Of a stretch of 64,000 nucleotides of DNA, positions 25,164 through 39,115 are shown one piece after another. The position numbers and the translations under genes are program-made. The stretch lies in the NCBI RefSeq assembly GCF_006345805.1, contig NC_042999.1, positions 141,670,001 to 141,734,000 on the forward strand. The letters are read 5' to 3'. The notes beneath the pieces were generated by a model. The model made no database searches, was not told the DNA's origin, and saw only the letters and a program-made list of their open reading frames with translations. The first letter of the stretch is position 1; each line of letters opens with the position of its first letter. Origin of the DNA: Octopus sinensis (taxonomy: Eukaryota).

Positions 25164-27873
25164 GTCATCATTAACAGCATCCAATGATATTTCATCTTAC
25201 CCACCTGTTTTTTATCTTAAAAAGTTTGCATGCCTTTTTTGTCTATATTCATGTAATTATTTATGCATATTTTACCACATGCAAAAATATATAGGTAAAG
25301 GGTTTCAGTCTTTTATCTTCTTGACTATGTGTATTCAAGTGTGCACATTCCAAAGATAATTGCCTTAAAAAAATTATTGCAAATTTGTTTAATATGTATG
25401 TATATGAATTACACTAATAGTGTAGTTATATTATAGTTACAACCTTAGGTTAAGGAAAACATTTGATCCAAAGGTAGGTTTTCCTGATTTGGGGTCATTT
25501 TAAGTGCTCTCAATTGAATCACATTGCTTTAAGCACTCACTGTAGTTACATAGACACTTCACAAATATTATTAGGCAAAGAATATGATGAATCTGTTGTA
25601 GAAAAGGAAATGCATTATTTCCTAATTCAGCACCGAAAATGTTGATGTTGTTTTGAACAAATCCACATTGTTCCTATCCCTGTTTCTAGTAAATGTTTTC
25701 AATAATGATATTTGAATTAGTCATTCAGAAACACAATGGGATGGGGGCCTGAAAATTCATGACCCCATGGGCCAGGTGTCTGGCAAGTTAGCCTTTTGTG
25801 TGTCTTTCGTACTTTTAGTAAAAGTACAGCATGACACCAAAAAAGTTGTACTAAAGTGATTATAACTTATTTCAAGCAGCTGCTAGTCTGATTTGTAAGT
25901 TAGTATCTAAGAATTATATTTCCATTCAATAGTAATGCTACAATGCTTAGAACATGAGAATTAGGCTTTAAGAGTATCTACTAAAATCAATTTTAGATGG
26001 TTATTGTGGGACAAATTTTGTTACTTTACATTATGAGAAACATTGGTATGTATGACTGAATGCATTTGTAGGAAGCTTCAACTGCTGAAATCAGAAAAAC
26101 TGAACAATAATGCTGCGGTGATGAGTTATGGGTAAAAACAGCCAAGGAAAACTGAGAGTGGTCTGTATGTATTGACAAAAATTGTAAAGTTGATGTAGTT
26201 TGGATTAGTTTGTATGTCATGGGATGGAAGGAGTCTGTTGTTTCTGGGGTGTCATTTCATCTGAGTGAGAGAGTGTTCAAACTTTTGAGCTGTAATAAAG
26301 TTTATAGTTCAATATAAAGATAAGAGTTTAGAATGTAATCAGTGAAGTGACTAATGTGATTGACTCTTCAATGCAGAGGAATAGGAAATTATAGAATAAA
26401 TACTTGTGACATTTTAATTTGGCTATCAAAGAATATTCCTTTGTCTGGGAAGACAAAAGCACTGCTGCCACAAGTTCTGCAATTCAAAAAAAATTAATTA
26501 TTCACCACATTAAGTGTAAGTCAGTCCTTAATATGACTGAGGTTGGAAATGGTAACAGGAACATATTCTCATTTATACAATTCTGAATGGTATCTTTTAT
26601 TCAGTATTTAGTCACAGATGTTTGACATAGAAATAAATCTTTGGCATTCTCACAGTTGTGCATTTTAAATACATAAGATTGAGTGTAATAGTCTGAACCT
26701 GTGATTTCACTATTTCTGTTTTGATTTCTCTTACAATAATCAATAAATAGAGAATAACTTTTATCTAGATTGTAGGCGTTTGTGATATTTGGTTCTTTAC
26801 ATTATGAATGCTAAGGCAGGTGGGGCAAACTTTGTTTTTAGCTGACAAGATAGTCTCTTGTGAGAAATATTTAAAGGAAAGTAAAGGGAAACTACAGTTC
26901 CATGAAAAGTATATAGTTCTTAAGGAAGTTGTTCATTGATTTAAGGGCCTAAAGAATCTGGAGATAATAAAAGTATGAATAAGGATTTTATAATGTAACA
27001 GATAATCTACAAATGTTTATCTCCAGCAAGTCTTAATTTCAAATTGAAATAGAACCTGTGATGATTTGGTTCCACTGTATATTATTTTGTTTTTGAGGTT
27101 TCATATCTGCACAGGCATTTAGAAAAGCAATACAACACATTAAATAAGATCAATACAATAATTGGTCAATTAACTTTAGAATAACTGAGTGGATTGAGAG
27201 GTGTTGTACATGGAGTGGTGAGAGGTTAAATAAGAGAAAATTGTGTATGGAGGAGAATGATAAAGTGGGATGAGGTGAAAACAGGAAGGGGGATAAGAGG
27301 AAAGAAGTTAAAGAGGGAAAAAAATAAGGGGATAGGTAAGAAACAGTGGTGAGGAAGATAGAGAAGTAGTATGAAAAGGGTGAAGAGAAGAAAAGGAATG
27401 GGATATGTGAGTGGTTTGGGGAAAAGGGTGGGGAAAACCTTTTTGGAGAGGCATGGGAATCAATGAGTGATGGAGGTGAAGGAGAGTGGCAATAAGAAAG
27501 GAAGTTAGGAAAGGGAGTGGTGAGATAATGAAAAAGAAAAGAGGAAATAAGAAAAAATGTCATGTCGACAATTAAAGAAATCAATGACAGTAATGAAACA
27601 ATCCAGTGATATCATGTAGTCAGTTTGTTATTGGATAGGTTTTAAAATGGATATCTCCCCCTGCCCCCACATCCTTTTGTGGACTACAGAAGTCAATAGG
27701 GTCTGGGATTTAATTCCTTTTTGTAACATTAAATGGATAAGAAACAAATCAACCATCCACTTGAACAGGACACCAATTCCATACATTGAATTAAATGTCC
27801 TGCTCAGAGAATACAACACTTGCAAGGGATTTGAACTTACTCTTCTCAGCTCCTCTTTCAACTCTTCTCTGTT

Positions 27874-27895
27874 TCTCTCTCTCTCTCTCTGTCCA

Positions 27896-27938
<43 letters not shown>
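27874..27938. repeat. (CT)n microsatellite
   Basis: Direct reading. Confidence 0.95.
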
Positions 27939-27942
<4 letters not shown>

Positions 27943-28919
27943 AATATTATGATTACCCAGTTCATCTCATTAATTTAAGAGAAAACAAAAAGCATTTGAT
28001 TGAGGTAACATCAATTGCAAGATTACATGAGCTAAAGAAACTTGCTTGCTATGGTCTGCAAAAGCTGATACTAAATAATACAACTTCATTTTAACTCATG
28101 GGGATGTATCCTACCCCATCACCTAGCCAACTACTGACACATAAAATTAGTGTCCTTTGCATTAATTTTTGAACTGACAATGGTCTTAAGGCCACTGATG
28201 CCAGAGCTCAGATATTTTTTAAAACAAGTTTATGCCCCCTAATTCCAGATATACCAAATAAGCCAGTGAATAATTAATAAAACATATACAATTTAGTTTT
28301 GAAATTTTTGTTGGAAAAATTTTTTTGAATAGTCAAGTTGAGGGCTAACCACAAATTTCTGATAAAAGCAATAAAATATCAAACCATGTAAAAAAAAAAG
28401 TAATTTTGCATTAGAGAATAATCAAATGCATATCCATTACCCACTTATTGTTTCCAGCCAGTGGTTGAGGCTATGCTGGTGTACTGCCATTAGATAGCAA
28501 AATATCTTCTATCCTATCTCAGGGTTTTAAAAATTATTTCAATTAATTTCCTTATTTTACTTAATTTTGGTACAAGCTAATTTCTTGTATGTTACACATG
28601 CTCTTGGAAAAGCCATGAACATCACAATATTTTAGCTATTCCTCTTCCTAAAATACAAGTAGATTGATCATTTATGCAGTATTAAGTTTTCTTTTGGTGA
28701 GAACACTACAACTTTTGAGAACTAGGTTGGGTTTTGAGGAAAATAGCTGCCACTCCCTTTTCATAGCTGAATGGTTATTGGTAGGAAGTGTTACATACAT
28801 AATTCAAATGTAAAGAAATATCATCATCATCATCATTTAGCGTCCGCTATATATCCAAAATAAATTTTAGAACAAAACAGAAAAGAAAGAAAGACTCAAG
28901 AAGATAAAGTACACAGTTA

Positions 28920-29700
28920 TGCTATTAGGAAGGGACAGAGGGTTCAATATTTTGGACACTTGTCCTTTGTTAAGAACCATGATAAAGAAAAGAAAGAGAT
29001 AAAAGAAATATTGCTTAAACTAAATCCAGTATGGTGGAGGAATAGCAAAAGTGAATAGCATGGAAGTATGCAGAATGATAAGCAAGATGTATGTGTGGGT
29101 GTAAAGGAGTGTTTATCACCAGCTTGTGTGTAATATAAGTTCTGGGGAATGGGGTGGGGGATGATGTTGAGAATAGCAACATGGTTATTGGTCACAGTTG
29201 CGAAAGTTATGTATGATAATTGAGTAATGTATAATAATTTGTACATGGTGGTGGGGGTGTAGCAATGTTTGGGAGGCAGTTTTCCTAAAGGAAAATGTGA
29301 TTATTAATTCCAGTTGGGATTAATAATTAGCTGTTGTTCACAGTACAAATGGGTGACAGAAGGTCCACAATGGGTCTGCTTGCAGATAGAAATCTTTGGA
29401 AAGAGAAACAGGTGAGCATGAGGATGAATTCAGCAAAGTGGTGGATAGTGGGGATGCTGAACTTGAAAGTTTAGGACTAGGAGGCCATCATCTTTGGGAT
29501 GAGTATAAAGGGATTGAACTGTGGAAAGAACCTGAAAGAGGCAGAAGGCATGGTTGGTATCATGAATATATACTGGAAAGTCAGCAATCAAAACAGGAGT
29601 ATTGGCTTAATAGATTTTAGGGTGACCATAGATGATTAAGTTACATGATGTACTATGTGGGAAGATGAGTTGGTTGTATGGGACATGGTCAGATGGCAGT
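28920..29700 (-). mobile_element. Penelope-like element, reverse transcriptase relic
   Basis: Manual minus-strand translation: FPVYIHDTNHAFCLF..VQSLYTHPKDDGLLVL, then TIHHFAEFILMLTCFSF, then ILPCYSLLLFLHH. These match the PLE RT motifs YI.DT.HAL, DV.SLYT.IP..DGL.AL, LAELVL.LN.FSF and IPYSQ.LRL; multiple stops, frameshifts and deletions. Confidence 0.65.
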
Positions 29701-29924
29701 TTCTGGTAGAATTGGCTGTAAAATAATCCATTCTGTATACACTTCCACTGCTCATTCACTATGCTGTATTAAGTTTTAAATATCTGGTCTCATTCTACAT
29801 TTTTTGTCTTTAAATTCTTGTGAGACAAGTGTCTGAAATATTGAACCATTCCCTGCAGTGAAAATTATTTACCAAATAGTTTTGCTCTCTCTCTCTCTCC
29901 TGAAGTTTTCTGTTGCCATAAGCT

Positions 29925-30092
29925 GATGCAGTGCTATGTAAAAGCACTTAGCACACTCTGTAAAGTGGTTGGCACCAGGAAGGGTATCCAGCTATAGAAA
30001 CCATGCCAAATCAAACTGGAGTCTGGTGCAGCTCCCCAGCTTACCTGCTCTGGTCAAACAAACCCATGGACAACAAATTTTAAATGATGATC
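29925..30092 (+). mobile_element. RTE-tail-type repeat
   Basis: AAAAGCACTTAGCACACTCTGTAAAGTGGTTGGC..GGAAGGGTATCCAGC..AACCATGCCAAATC..TTAAATGATGAT. Confidence 0.75.
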
Positions 30093-32249
30093 ATATATAT
30101 ATTCAGCTTCAAGATGATGAAAACCTTTTTGTTTAGTAGCACCTGCCAAGATAAAATATAATCTGGCTTACCAGATCCAGTCAGACCCATGCTAGCATAG
30201 AAAATAGATGCTAATTGATGATGAATCATGAGTCTACCATATGTTGTCATTCAACCTGCTGGAACTAACAGCTAAATCTCAGTCCACTCTCACTCTACCT
30301 TCTTAAAAACATTGGATAATGTAGTCATGAGGTATATTGATTCTTGAAAAGATGGCATGATGGGGATGATTGAAATTTTATTTGGTCATAGTCTGCTAAA
30401 TCAAGAACAATTCAGGAGATAAATAGCAAGTATGTCTGAAGAATTTGGACTTCAAAAGACCTGTATCTGTTATAAAGTTTGTTGGTAGAGATTTATTTGC
30501 ATCATACAGCAGATCTGGTTCTTTTTAATTTGTTACTATTAGGTTTCCTATTTTGTTTTGTGAGTGAACTTGACAGTTTAGAATATGGAAGTAGGGAGAA
30601 ATGCAAATGTAATATTTGTGCTTTTCTGAAAAATATTAGTTTCATAAGTTAAAGAGTAAATCAAAATCTTATTAACTTAGCTTTTTATTGACTTCATAGA
30701 TGTACACCTGATTTTAAACAGCTACTTTTTATCATAGAATATAAATAAAATTTGCTGCATATGGCTTTGGTAAATGCTCTTTTAAGTGTTTAACTCAGAA
30801 ATCAAAAGTGGGTTGTGGATTGAGCTTACCAGGAGCTTACTCTGTATAAGGCACGCAGTAGTACCATATATTTGATTGGTACTTTTTTTTCTGTCTAGAC
30901 AAGGAAATACTGTTCGTAAAGGCAAATATACAATTTCTATTATTGAACACTAGTATTGTAGTCATCCTTGCTTTATCAAATAGGAGGAATGCTAAGCAAA
31001 ATAGATCTGTGACATTTGGACCCAGAAGTCTGAGGCCAAATTTTGGATAGTATGATATACTCAATCTGACTTTTTGCTAGTCTGTTATCTCTTCCACAAT
31101 TATTTTTTAGTGATGTGCAAAAATTGATATTTTAAATTCAGATATTTAAATTTCTAACACTATTACAAGCAAATATCACTGCTCACTACACTAGATTATT
31201 TTATGCAAGCTGCTATATTATAGGCATGTATCCAAACCACTTGCAACAGGTGGCTTATCATCACATACAAAAAACTTTTATCAATACTTCATGGAAATAT
31301 TTTCTCACTCTAAAGCATTTGTTTATCTCAATTGAATTTAGCACATAGCTTTTCAGTCTTTTTTTTTTAAGGTGACCTATAATCACCTGACAAAATTATA
31401 TCTACACAATGTTCAGTTTTTTAAAAAAAACAATAGTTATGTAATTGGAGTATCTGCAATTTTTCATTGCTAGCATTCCAGTTCAAAAACCCTGAAATAT
31501 TAGAGTAACACTTCTGAAAGATTTTTATTGTTCTTTCTTATCCATAAACTAGTGCTCAATTGTGGTTTTATGATACTGAATATGGAATAAATCCTCAGTC
31601 AGAACAATTACTGGTGTAGCATATGTTTCATAGAATTCTCAAGATGGTTTGAGTGTTAGAGGTTTCAGCTGTTAAGGATGAGTGACAATGAATCAGAAAT
31701 GATTGTTCTCTTGGTTTTATTATGTTCATGCTATAAGAGAGAGTTGGAAATATTACTTTCCAATTTTGATTTGAAAGCTTGATGGACACTGATATTGTAT
31801 CTGATACAGCTGCTATAACAACATGTTCATTGACCTATCTTTGTAAAAGATTATAAGAAAAAAATAAGAAAAACGTATCTATAGAGTAAATTACAGAGTA
31901 GTACAGAGTGTTTCTTTCTGTACACCTTTGAAAACCAGATGGTTATTATTAGCTCCATGTCAGCTCTTATCAAGCAGGCAGACATATGATTGAAGGCACT
32001 CCAGCCATTTTTTTCTTTTTTTTAAGGTAGTTTATCTAGCTTATTTAAATTTAGGTTTGCATTTTCTTTTTGTAATTTTTTCTATTTAGATTTGTCAGTT
32101 GTGCAATTAAATATTATAAGAAAACCTTTTACCTACTTCTATTAAATTTCTTGTAAGTATGGTAAATATCACTTATCTAGTTATGAAAATACTACATTTG
32201 CTGCCATTAACTTTTCACTTTCTTAGAAACATACAATTTTGATAGGGGT

Positions 32250-33800
32250 TTCTTTATCAACTCCTTCATTTGTCTGGTTTTATCTGTCATATATTTTCTA
32301 GACAAGCTGAACTAAAATTTTAAAAATTTTTTGCACCTTTTTACTAATTTATAGTGCTGTAGTTGTCATCAACCATGAATTACTCTTGTACTTGAACCTC
32401 GGTCTTTGGATGTTACACACTCCTAGATGTTGAGATTGTCAACATTAAGAATTTATTTTTTCATAATGGCTTAACACCTGTGGAATTGGCACAGCCTCCA
32501 AACTGGTAGGTGAGGTTAAGAAACCTAAACTCGTAGGTTTCTGCATCAATATACCAAATTCTCTTCAGTCCAAATACGTTCAAAAGGTTTGATGTTAAAT
32601 CAGATAAATGCTTCCATAAAATTTAGTGTATCCAGTTTCATTTTATGTGACTTGACTGAGGCTATGATAAAAAAAGTTAAACAAGGTGTTACTCAGTAGG
32701 ATCAAACTGAGAACCATGTTATTGTAAAGTGAACTTCTTGACCACATGATGATAACCTGCTTGACAAGTTTCATAACTATATTCAATGTTAAATTTTTCA
32801 GTACAATAAGACTGAAACAAGTTTCATCTTGAATGTCTTTCATCAATATACACTTGCTTTACTTGCTTGCTGGTGTCTCTGTATTGAAGGTAGTTTTATA
32901 AACAAAGAACATACTTGATATCTGTTACAGTATATTTATTCATATCAAAGTATAATAAAAAAAATCTTTTTCTTTCTAAAAAAATACTTAAAATGTCATC
33001 TGGGTCTCCATTAATGGTAGTTTTTTTGTTGTTTTTTTATGACAGACCCGAATTTAAACAGTTCTAGAGAATTAAAGTGTCAAGAATTTCTTAATCATTA
33101 ACTCAGCTTCACTCAGTTTCAATTGAGCTATAGGCCATTCCTGTATTTGAGAAGGACATGAATGTCACACAATCTTTTCCTTCACTCTGATCTTTTATCT
33201 TGTGTTAGGTGTCAGTATGGAGTAAAGAAAAAAAGAAAGAAAAAATGCTTTGCATCTTGTGTTGTTGGGTGAGAGAATCAGTATCCCTCCACCCATCTAT
33301 CTTTTTTTTTATGGGTAAGTTGTTTGTATAACCTTTTTATACTTCTGAATAAAGAGCCTCTTTGGTTCCTTGTCCATCTATATTGTTTGGTGCAATTCTT
33401 ATATTAGTAATAGATTCTTTCTGCTACTCCTGCTGTTTACTTTTTATCACTGAGGTATCAGTAAATATTTCTGTTCTTATCTTGTGAATATCAGCCTGGT
33501 TCTGGTAATGGGTTCTGTTGGCTGAAAATGATGGCTTTTTCTATTTTTCTCTCTTTTTATTTATTTGTGAAGTAAATTACAGTTTTGCTGCAATCATATT
33601 GAGATATTTTTCTGTATGTGTTTGTGTGTTAGCAGTAGTTTTGGCTTTTTAGGTGCACTTAGAACTTCACTGAAGTCTACTGGGAAGATATTGGGCTTTA
33701 GATAAGCAAATGGATTCACTCCCAGCATGTATCTGACATTCAGGATTTCTGATGGTATATTATGTCGGTTTGTGTCATAATACAAGATGACAAAAGCTAT
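32250..33800 (-). mobile_element. Heavily decayed Penelope-like element (RT to GIY-YIG), interrupted by a SINE fragment
   Basis: Minus-strand fragments in the expected order: WRP-DDIL (RT motif C-like), SLFIKLP, then SRKYMTDKTRQMKELIK (GIY-YIG YIG.T.R.L..RI-like). Alignment by eye only. Confidence 0.35.
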
Positions 33801-36800
33801 TCTTTGATCAATCAGTCAATCCTGTTATTCAGTTATTCAGTATGTATTGACAATATAAACTATTTCTTGATCAAGGAGTCCAAGGAATTCAGTCTTATGT
33901 GTATGGTTGTTATATCAATAATATGATTTGATTCTTGCTACTTGAATATCTCTCTTATACTTGGTGTTAATTTTTTTTCCTTGGAAATTTCAATAGAGTT
34001 TATATAATTTTTCTTCCACAGTTTCCTGTTTCTCAGCAATTCCTGTCAGTTGCTTGAAAATGTTCATGTAGTTACCAATATTATTATCATTAATTAAAAG
34101 CTGTGTATTAAGGTATTGCAGGTCTAGTTACTATAATTCTAGATACTGCCAGAGAAATAGTGAGAAATTATGATAGTGTTGGAGACACAAAATTGGATCC
34201 TCATATCATTGAATTGATTTAGTAGAAATGGCTGGGACTATTGAAGAAGCAATGACTAATTTTCTGTCTCTCAAGTCAAGTGGTTTGGTACAGTCCAACT
34301 GGATTGTGAACCACCAGCTTTGAATTTAAAGGGTGTGCCTTGATACAGTCAACATGGAGTTCATTCCTCTCCAAGCTAGACTTGAAGGAACATTTCAACT
34401 GAGTACTGCAAACTAAAACTTTTGGCAGTTATACAGTACTCTGCTTTCAGTTGTGTAATTTATTAAGATATTTATCGGTTTTAATATACATGCATCCATG
34501 TGTGTGTGTGTGTGCTTGTGCGCACGCACAGTTTTATATGTCTGTGCTTAGTGGGTGGAATAGTTTTGGTTACAGCAATTTTTCACAGTTGGATGTCCAC
34601 ACTTATTTCACTAGTAATCACTCACCTGTGAAGCTTTAGTGATATGTTTTTTGTTAGTCAAACTGTAGCAAATACAATTATGTGCTTTGCCCAGGGACAC
34701 AACACAGTAATTGAAATTAATTCAATACCTTGTAGATTTTATTTTAGAAAGAAAATTGACATTACCTATAGAACAGTTGTTTTGTACCTGCACACACACA
34801 CACATACGCCTGTGTTTTGATCATTTATGCTATTTATTGGATTTGGAAAAGATGGATTATAGTTTTAGTTTTTCTTCATCTTTTGGAGAGGTGATGTCAG
34901 CAGTGGAGATTGTAGTGACTGCTGCTACTGCTACATTCCATTCACTTTACAATAACATGTTTTTCTGTTTTCTAGATACCTAAAAAAAAAGAAGAAAGAA
35001 ATGGAAGTTTGTATGATGTCATTGCTATAGATAATTGAATGGGACCAGGATAATAGTAGTGATGGCATAGCTTTATTGTGGAATTTTAATATTTTGGTAT
35101 GTGAAGGCACTGGAATGTCCTGAAAACAGTAGCATCACCAACAACAAACAGCCATTTTTATGTTAGAGGATAGATTGCTAGAATATTTGTTTTATGTGTG
35201 TAGATAGATAAATAAATACACATGTGTGACAGTTGGTATGTTTGATTTTGTTGAAAAAAAATTTTCATTTGATTTTAAAGTAGCTTGAATGTCTGAGTGA
35301 ATTCTTCACTATCTTAAGTTCAAAACCTGCTTAGTTTATTGCCAGTTCTTTCATTGTGGAACCTTAAGGGGCCAGTAATATAAATACAAATGATTCTACT
35401 CTTCCCTCTGTATTGGCCTTGTACCTAGTCAAAAGAAATTGTGTGTATATTTGCTGCTTACAGTCATAGTGTCTATTAATGACTAGGTGGTTGGGTGCAA
35501 TGTGAGTTGAGTCCTCTTGCCTAGAGTACTTACTACCCAGCACTTTTGATGGGATGCAAAACAGCTTACCATTTTATTCATGCCAGCATAATAATCAATA
35601 AAGCTAGTTGCCACACCCATTCCAAAGTTGTCTGTATCTAATCTAAATTGATATGCCTGAAGTTGTGAGGGTGTCTAATTCCCTGAGGGCATGACAGGTT
35701 TGGGTTCAGTAGAAAAGCTTTTACAGTACACTAACACTTTCCATGTGGACTTCATTTTCAAATTCAAACAGAAGACCTTATTGTCTACTTCAAAATTTCT
35801 TTTTTAGTTTTTGACTGTTCATGTTTGGTTTTTATTGTGCCTATGTTAGAAAATCACTATTATTATTATTGTTAATTTTTCTAATGTTTATCTGTTTAAC
35901 AACCTGTCCACAGATAAAATTGAGGAATATATAAAGAAGTTAGTCATCCAAATATATAGTAGTGGAAAAATTCAATTTTCGGTTTGTTTATCTAAGTTGG
36001 GTCTGTCACCCTACAACAGTAACTCTTCTCTTTTCTTTGCATGTCTTTTTTTTTTTGTCCTGAGCCTCTTTTCCTCTTTCTGTATCCCAACCCATAATGC
36101 CACTAATCTTTATCTTATTGATATTGTTTAAATTGCCAAGATTGATAAAGAACAGTGTTTTAACAAAATTAAAACACTATATAGTGTTTTTGTGGCACTT
36201 TTAGAAAATATTCTAAAGAAGCAAAAAATAAAACAAATAGAATTTGTAACATATTGCTTACTCTCCCTACTATCTTCTTCCCTTCTTTTTTGCTTTCTTC
36301 AAACTTGCTCCCCTTATCTAACTGCTTTTATGACTGAGGAATCAAATGTTGGTTATCTGAAAAGGTTTTCATCTATGGCTACTACTATGGCTGCTGCTAA
36401 CAGTTTCAAAAGGCATGAGCAGATTTGGATCTATAACCACAGTACTCTTAATTTGCTCCCATTTTTAAGCAGTATAATGTCTAAATAGTGTATTTCATGG
36501 AATACTTGAGATTGAAAGCAACACAGAATCACAGAGACCAGTTATGTGCATACACACATTCACTTTGTGTTAAAGAACATTAATCTTTTCCTTTTAATGA
36601 AATGTTTTACCTCATGTAATAGGAATAATGGTTGTTTTTTTAATTTTTTTAAAACCGATACCAAGTTTATGGCTTGTCTCAAATAACTTTTAAGTTTTGT
36701 CAAGGGTGTAGAAATTTTTTCAGAACAGTGAAATGTTTGTTTGCAGTAACTTTGAGTTGTTCTGGATTAGAGGAGGAGGTAGGGGATGATCATAAGAAAT

Positions 36801-37099
36801 TTCTTTGGTATAGAGTTTTCGTTTTACTGGTGGTGATTGTATTTTTGTTGAGATACAATATTTCTAATGTAACATACTCTCTTATAATACTGTCCTTGTT
36901 TGATTATAATCTTGGAAGATTTTATTTTTACATTTTACTATTTAAAAAAAAAAACATTTTATAAATTCATGTGCTTTTACCTATCCCTGAATAATTTGAG
37001 ATATAAATTGTCTCTCTTCCTCTCAGTTTCAGGAGTTACAGGTTCACAGCTTTTCAGAAGCAAACATCATTTAAAAAAATGGTTTCATATATATATAAT

Positions 37100-37230
37100 T
37101 GCTTACTTGTTTTAGTCATTTGACTGACTATGCTGGGGCCTTGAAGGGCCTTAGTCGAACAAATCGACCCCCGGATTTTTTTTAAAGTCTAATACATATT
37201 CTAGTTTCATTTGCCAAACTGCTAAATTAT
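37100..37230 (-). mobile_element. tRNA-derived SINE tail fragment
   Basis: TACTTGTTTTAGTCATTTGACTG..TTAGTCGAACAAATCGACCCC matches 8935-9000. Confidence 0.75.
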
Positions 37231-39115
37231 GGAACATATATTGTTATATAGTGAGGTATTGGTTAACATTTCAATATACTTGCTTATCTTGATAATATAT
37301 TAGTAATCTCTAATTATAGTTTAAATTATCACTGTAATAGTTTTTCCTTTCATGTTGGCATGGGGTAGACTATTCTCTTTACCTCTCTCTCTCTCTTATC
37401 ATCTTAACTGTAAGATCCAAAATTACCTATCATATTATTTCTTTCCATGTTGTCTTCTCTGAACGTCATTCTTAAACTATAATTACTGTTTCTTGAAGAT
37501 AGTTCTCTTCAAAAAAGAATAATTAATTCTTCACCTAATTTCGTTATGTCAGCTTAGTCCAGTTTATATTTTTATTTACCAGTTGAATATTCAGCTCTGT
37601 AGGCAAATAAGCTCCTCAATACAGAATTTCATATTGTAAAATTACACCACACAATATTCAATACAACTTGAATAAACAGTCGTTTGGTTAGAAAATTTGG
37701 AACAAATATTCTGTGTGTTAAGTACTGAAAATCAAAATCGAGCGAGCTTTTACCCTTTTGCATGCATTAACATTTGTTTCATATCCCCATGGATGGATTT
37801 ACAAATTGGTACCTTCCTACATGTCTGTAACTTGTCTGTCAAATTCAAATGTTCTCTGGTCAACTTTTTTGTTAGTTCTTCTTTGATCTACCTCTGTTTT
37901 GGAAACTTCTCTGCCAAATTACTGCACTTTTTTCCAAATACATGTCACTCATGCTCATGTGTGTAATGAAATGTGCTTCTATTCCCATGCCCAACTTTTA
38001 AAAATGATTTTTAACAACCTTATCTAGATTAAGATTTGTGTTAAACTGTACCAGTTTGATATTTAAGAACAAGCTAGTTTTGTTCTTAAGAAAAAGGAAG
38101 TTTGTAATCTTTCATTTCTAAATACTATCATCCTTTGGTCTGTTTCATTTCATAATGGGTTATTTTGCTGGGATCTGCTCATGGACTCTGACTGATTTTT
38201 TTTTTTTTTTTTTTTCTATCTATTGTCTCTATATTAACTGTAGACATGTGTGACCTAGTAAAATTTGTGAATGATAATGTTAGTTTTGTTGGTGTGTATT
38301 AAGTAAATTAGTTGAATAGTCTACTGCCATTCACTAACTAGTGTGCCGTCAAGGAAATAGACAATTGGTTGTGTGTCACATCTTGATATTTCCTCCACTA
38401 TTTCCTCTCTGGAAGTCTACTTTGCAACGTACATTTATTTCAGTCCAGTTGGAAAAGGTTAGTTGTCACTAGCTAAAGTGCTTAATTGCTAACAATGCCA
38501 AACACAGTGTTGTGAACAAAGGCATTTAGCAGTATGTAGTATTTAATTATCTGAAAGAAGAAATAAAAGTGAAAGAGAAAATATCTAATCTTCAGGCATT
38601 ATTTTAATAAAATGGTATTAGTGTAATGTTAAAAAATATTTTTGTTTTTTATTAGGTGCAGTGCCAATATTTCTAGATGAGTATAGCTAAGTGAATCAGC
38701 CTTTGTGTGTGTTTATTATTTATAAGTAAGGTTTAACACTCTTCTTGTTTGAGAATACAGCAGATTGCACTCTGACTTTCAAGCCTACACTCCATGTGTC
38801 TCAGCTGCAAATTTATATTTTTATAGTATAGTCAGTAGAAAGACATTTGCAGACTCTTTGATGTTTGTGGCATTGATACATTCATGTTCAATTTGAATCT
38901 CTGCAATTTGACATCTGTGGAAAGATCCTGGATAAGAAGAGACTTTCATGTGGCTGATGTTTTGGGGATGAAAGTATATCACTGAGCAAAGAATGTTCTA
39001 TACATAGCTTGCTTAGGTTCAAAGATGTTTAGGGTTGGACAGGGGGAACTTAGTACATAGAATATTCGATGGAGAATTTAAAATGCTTTCTTAAATTAAG
39101 CTTTTGGGTTATATA

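Noticed and set aside
27150-27584. 144-aa F/S/P-rich ORF
   Set aside because: Translation of a polypurine/polypyrimidine low-complexity tract.
36331-36380. CTGAGGA...GAAA hammerhead-like spacing
   Set aside because: Helix III would need a 2-nt non-palindromic loop and helix II does not form.
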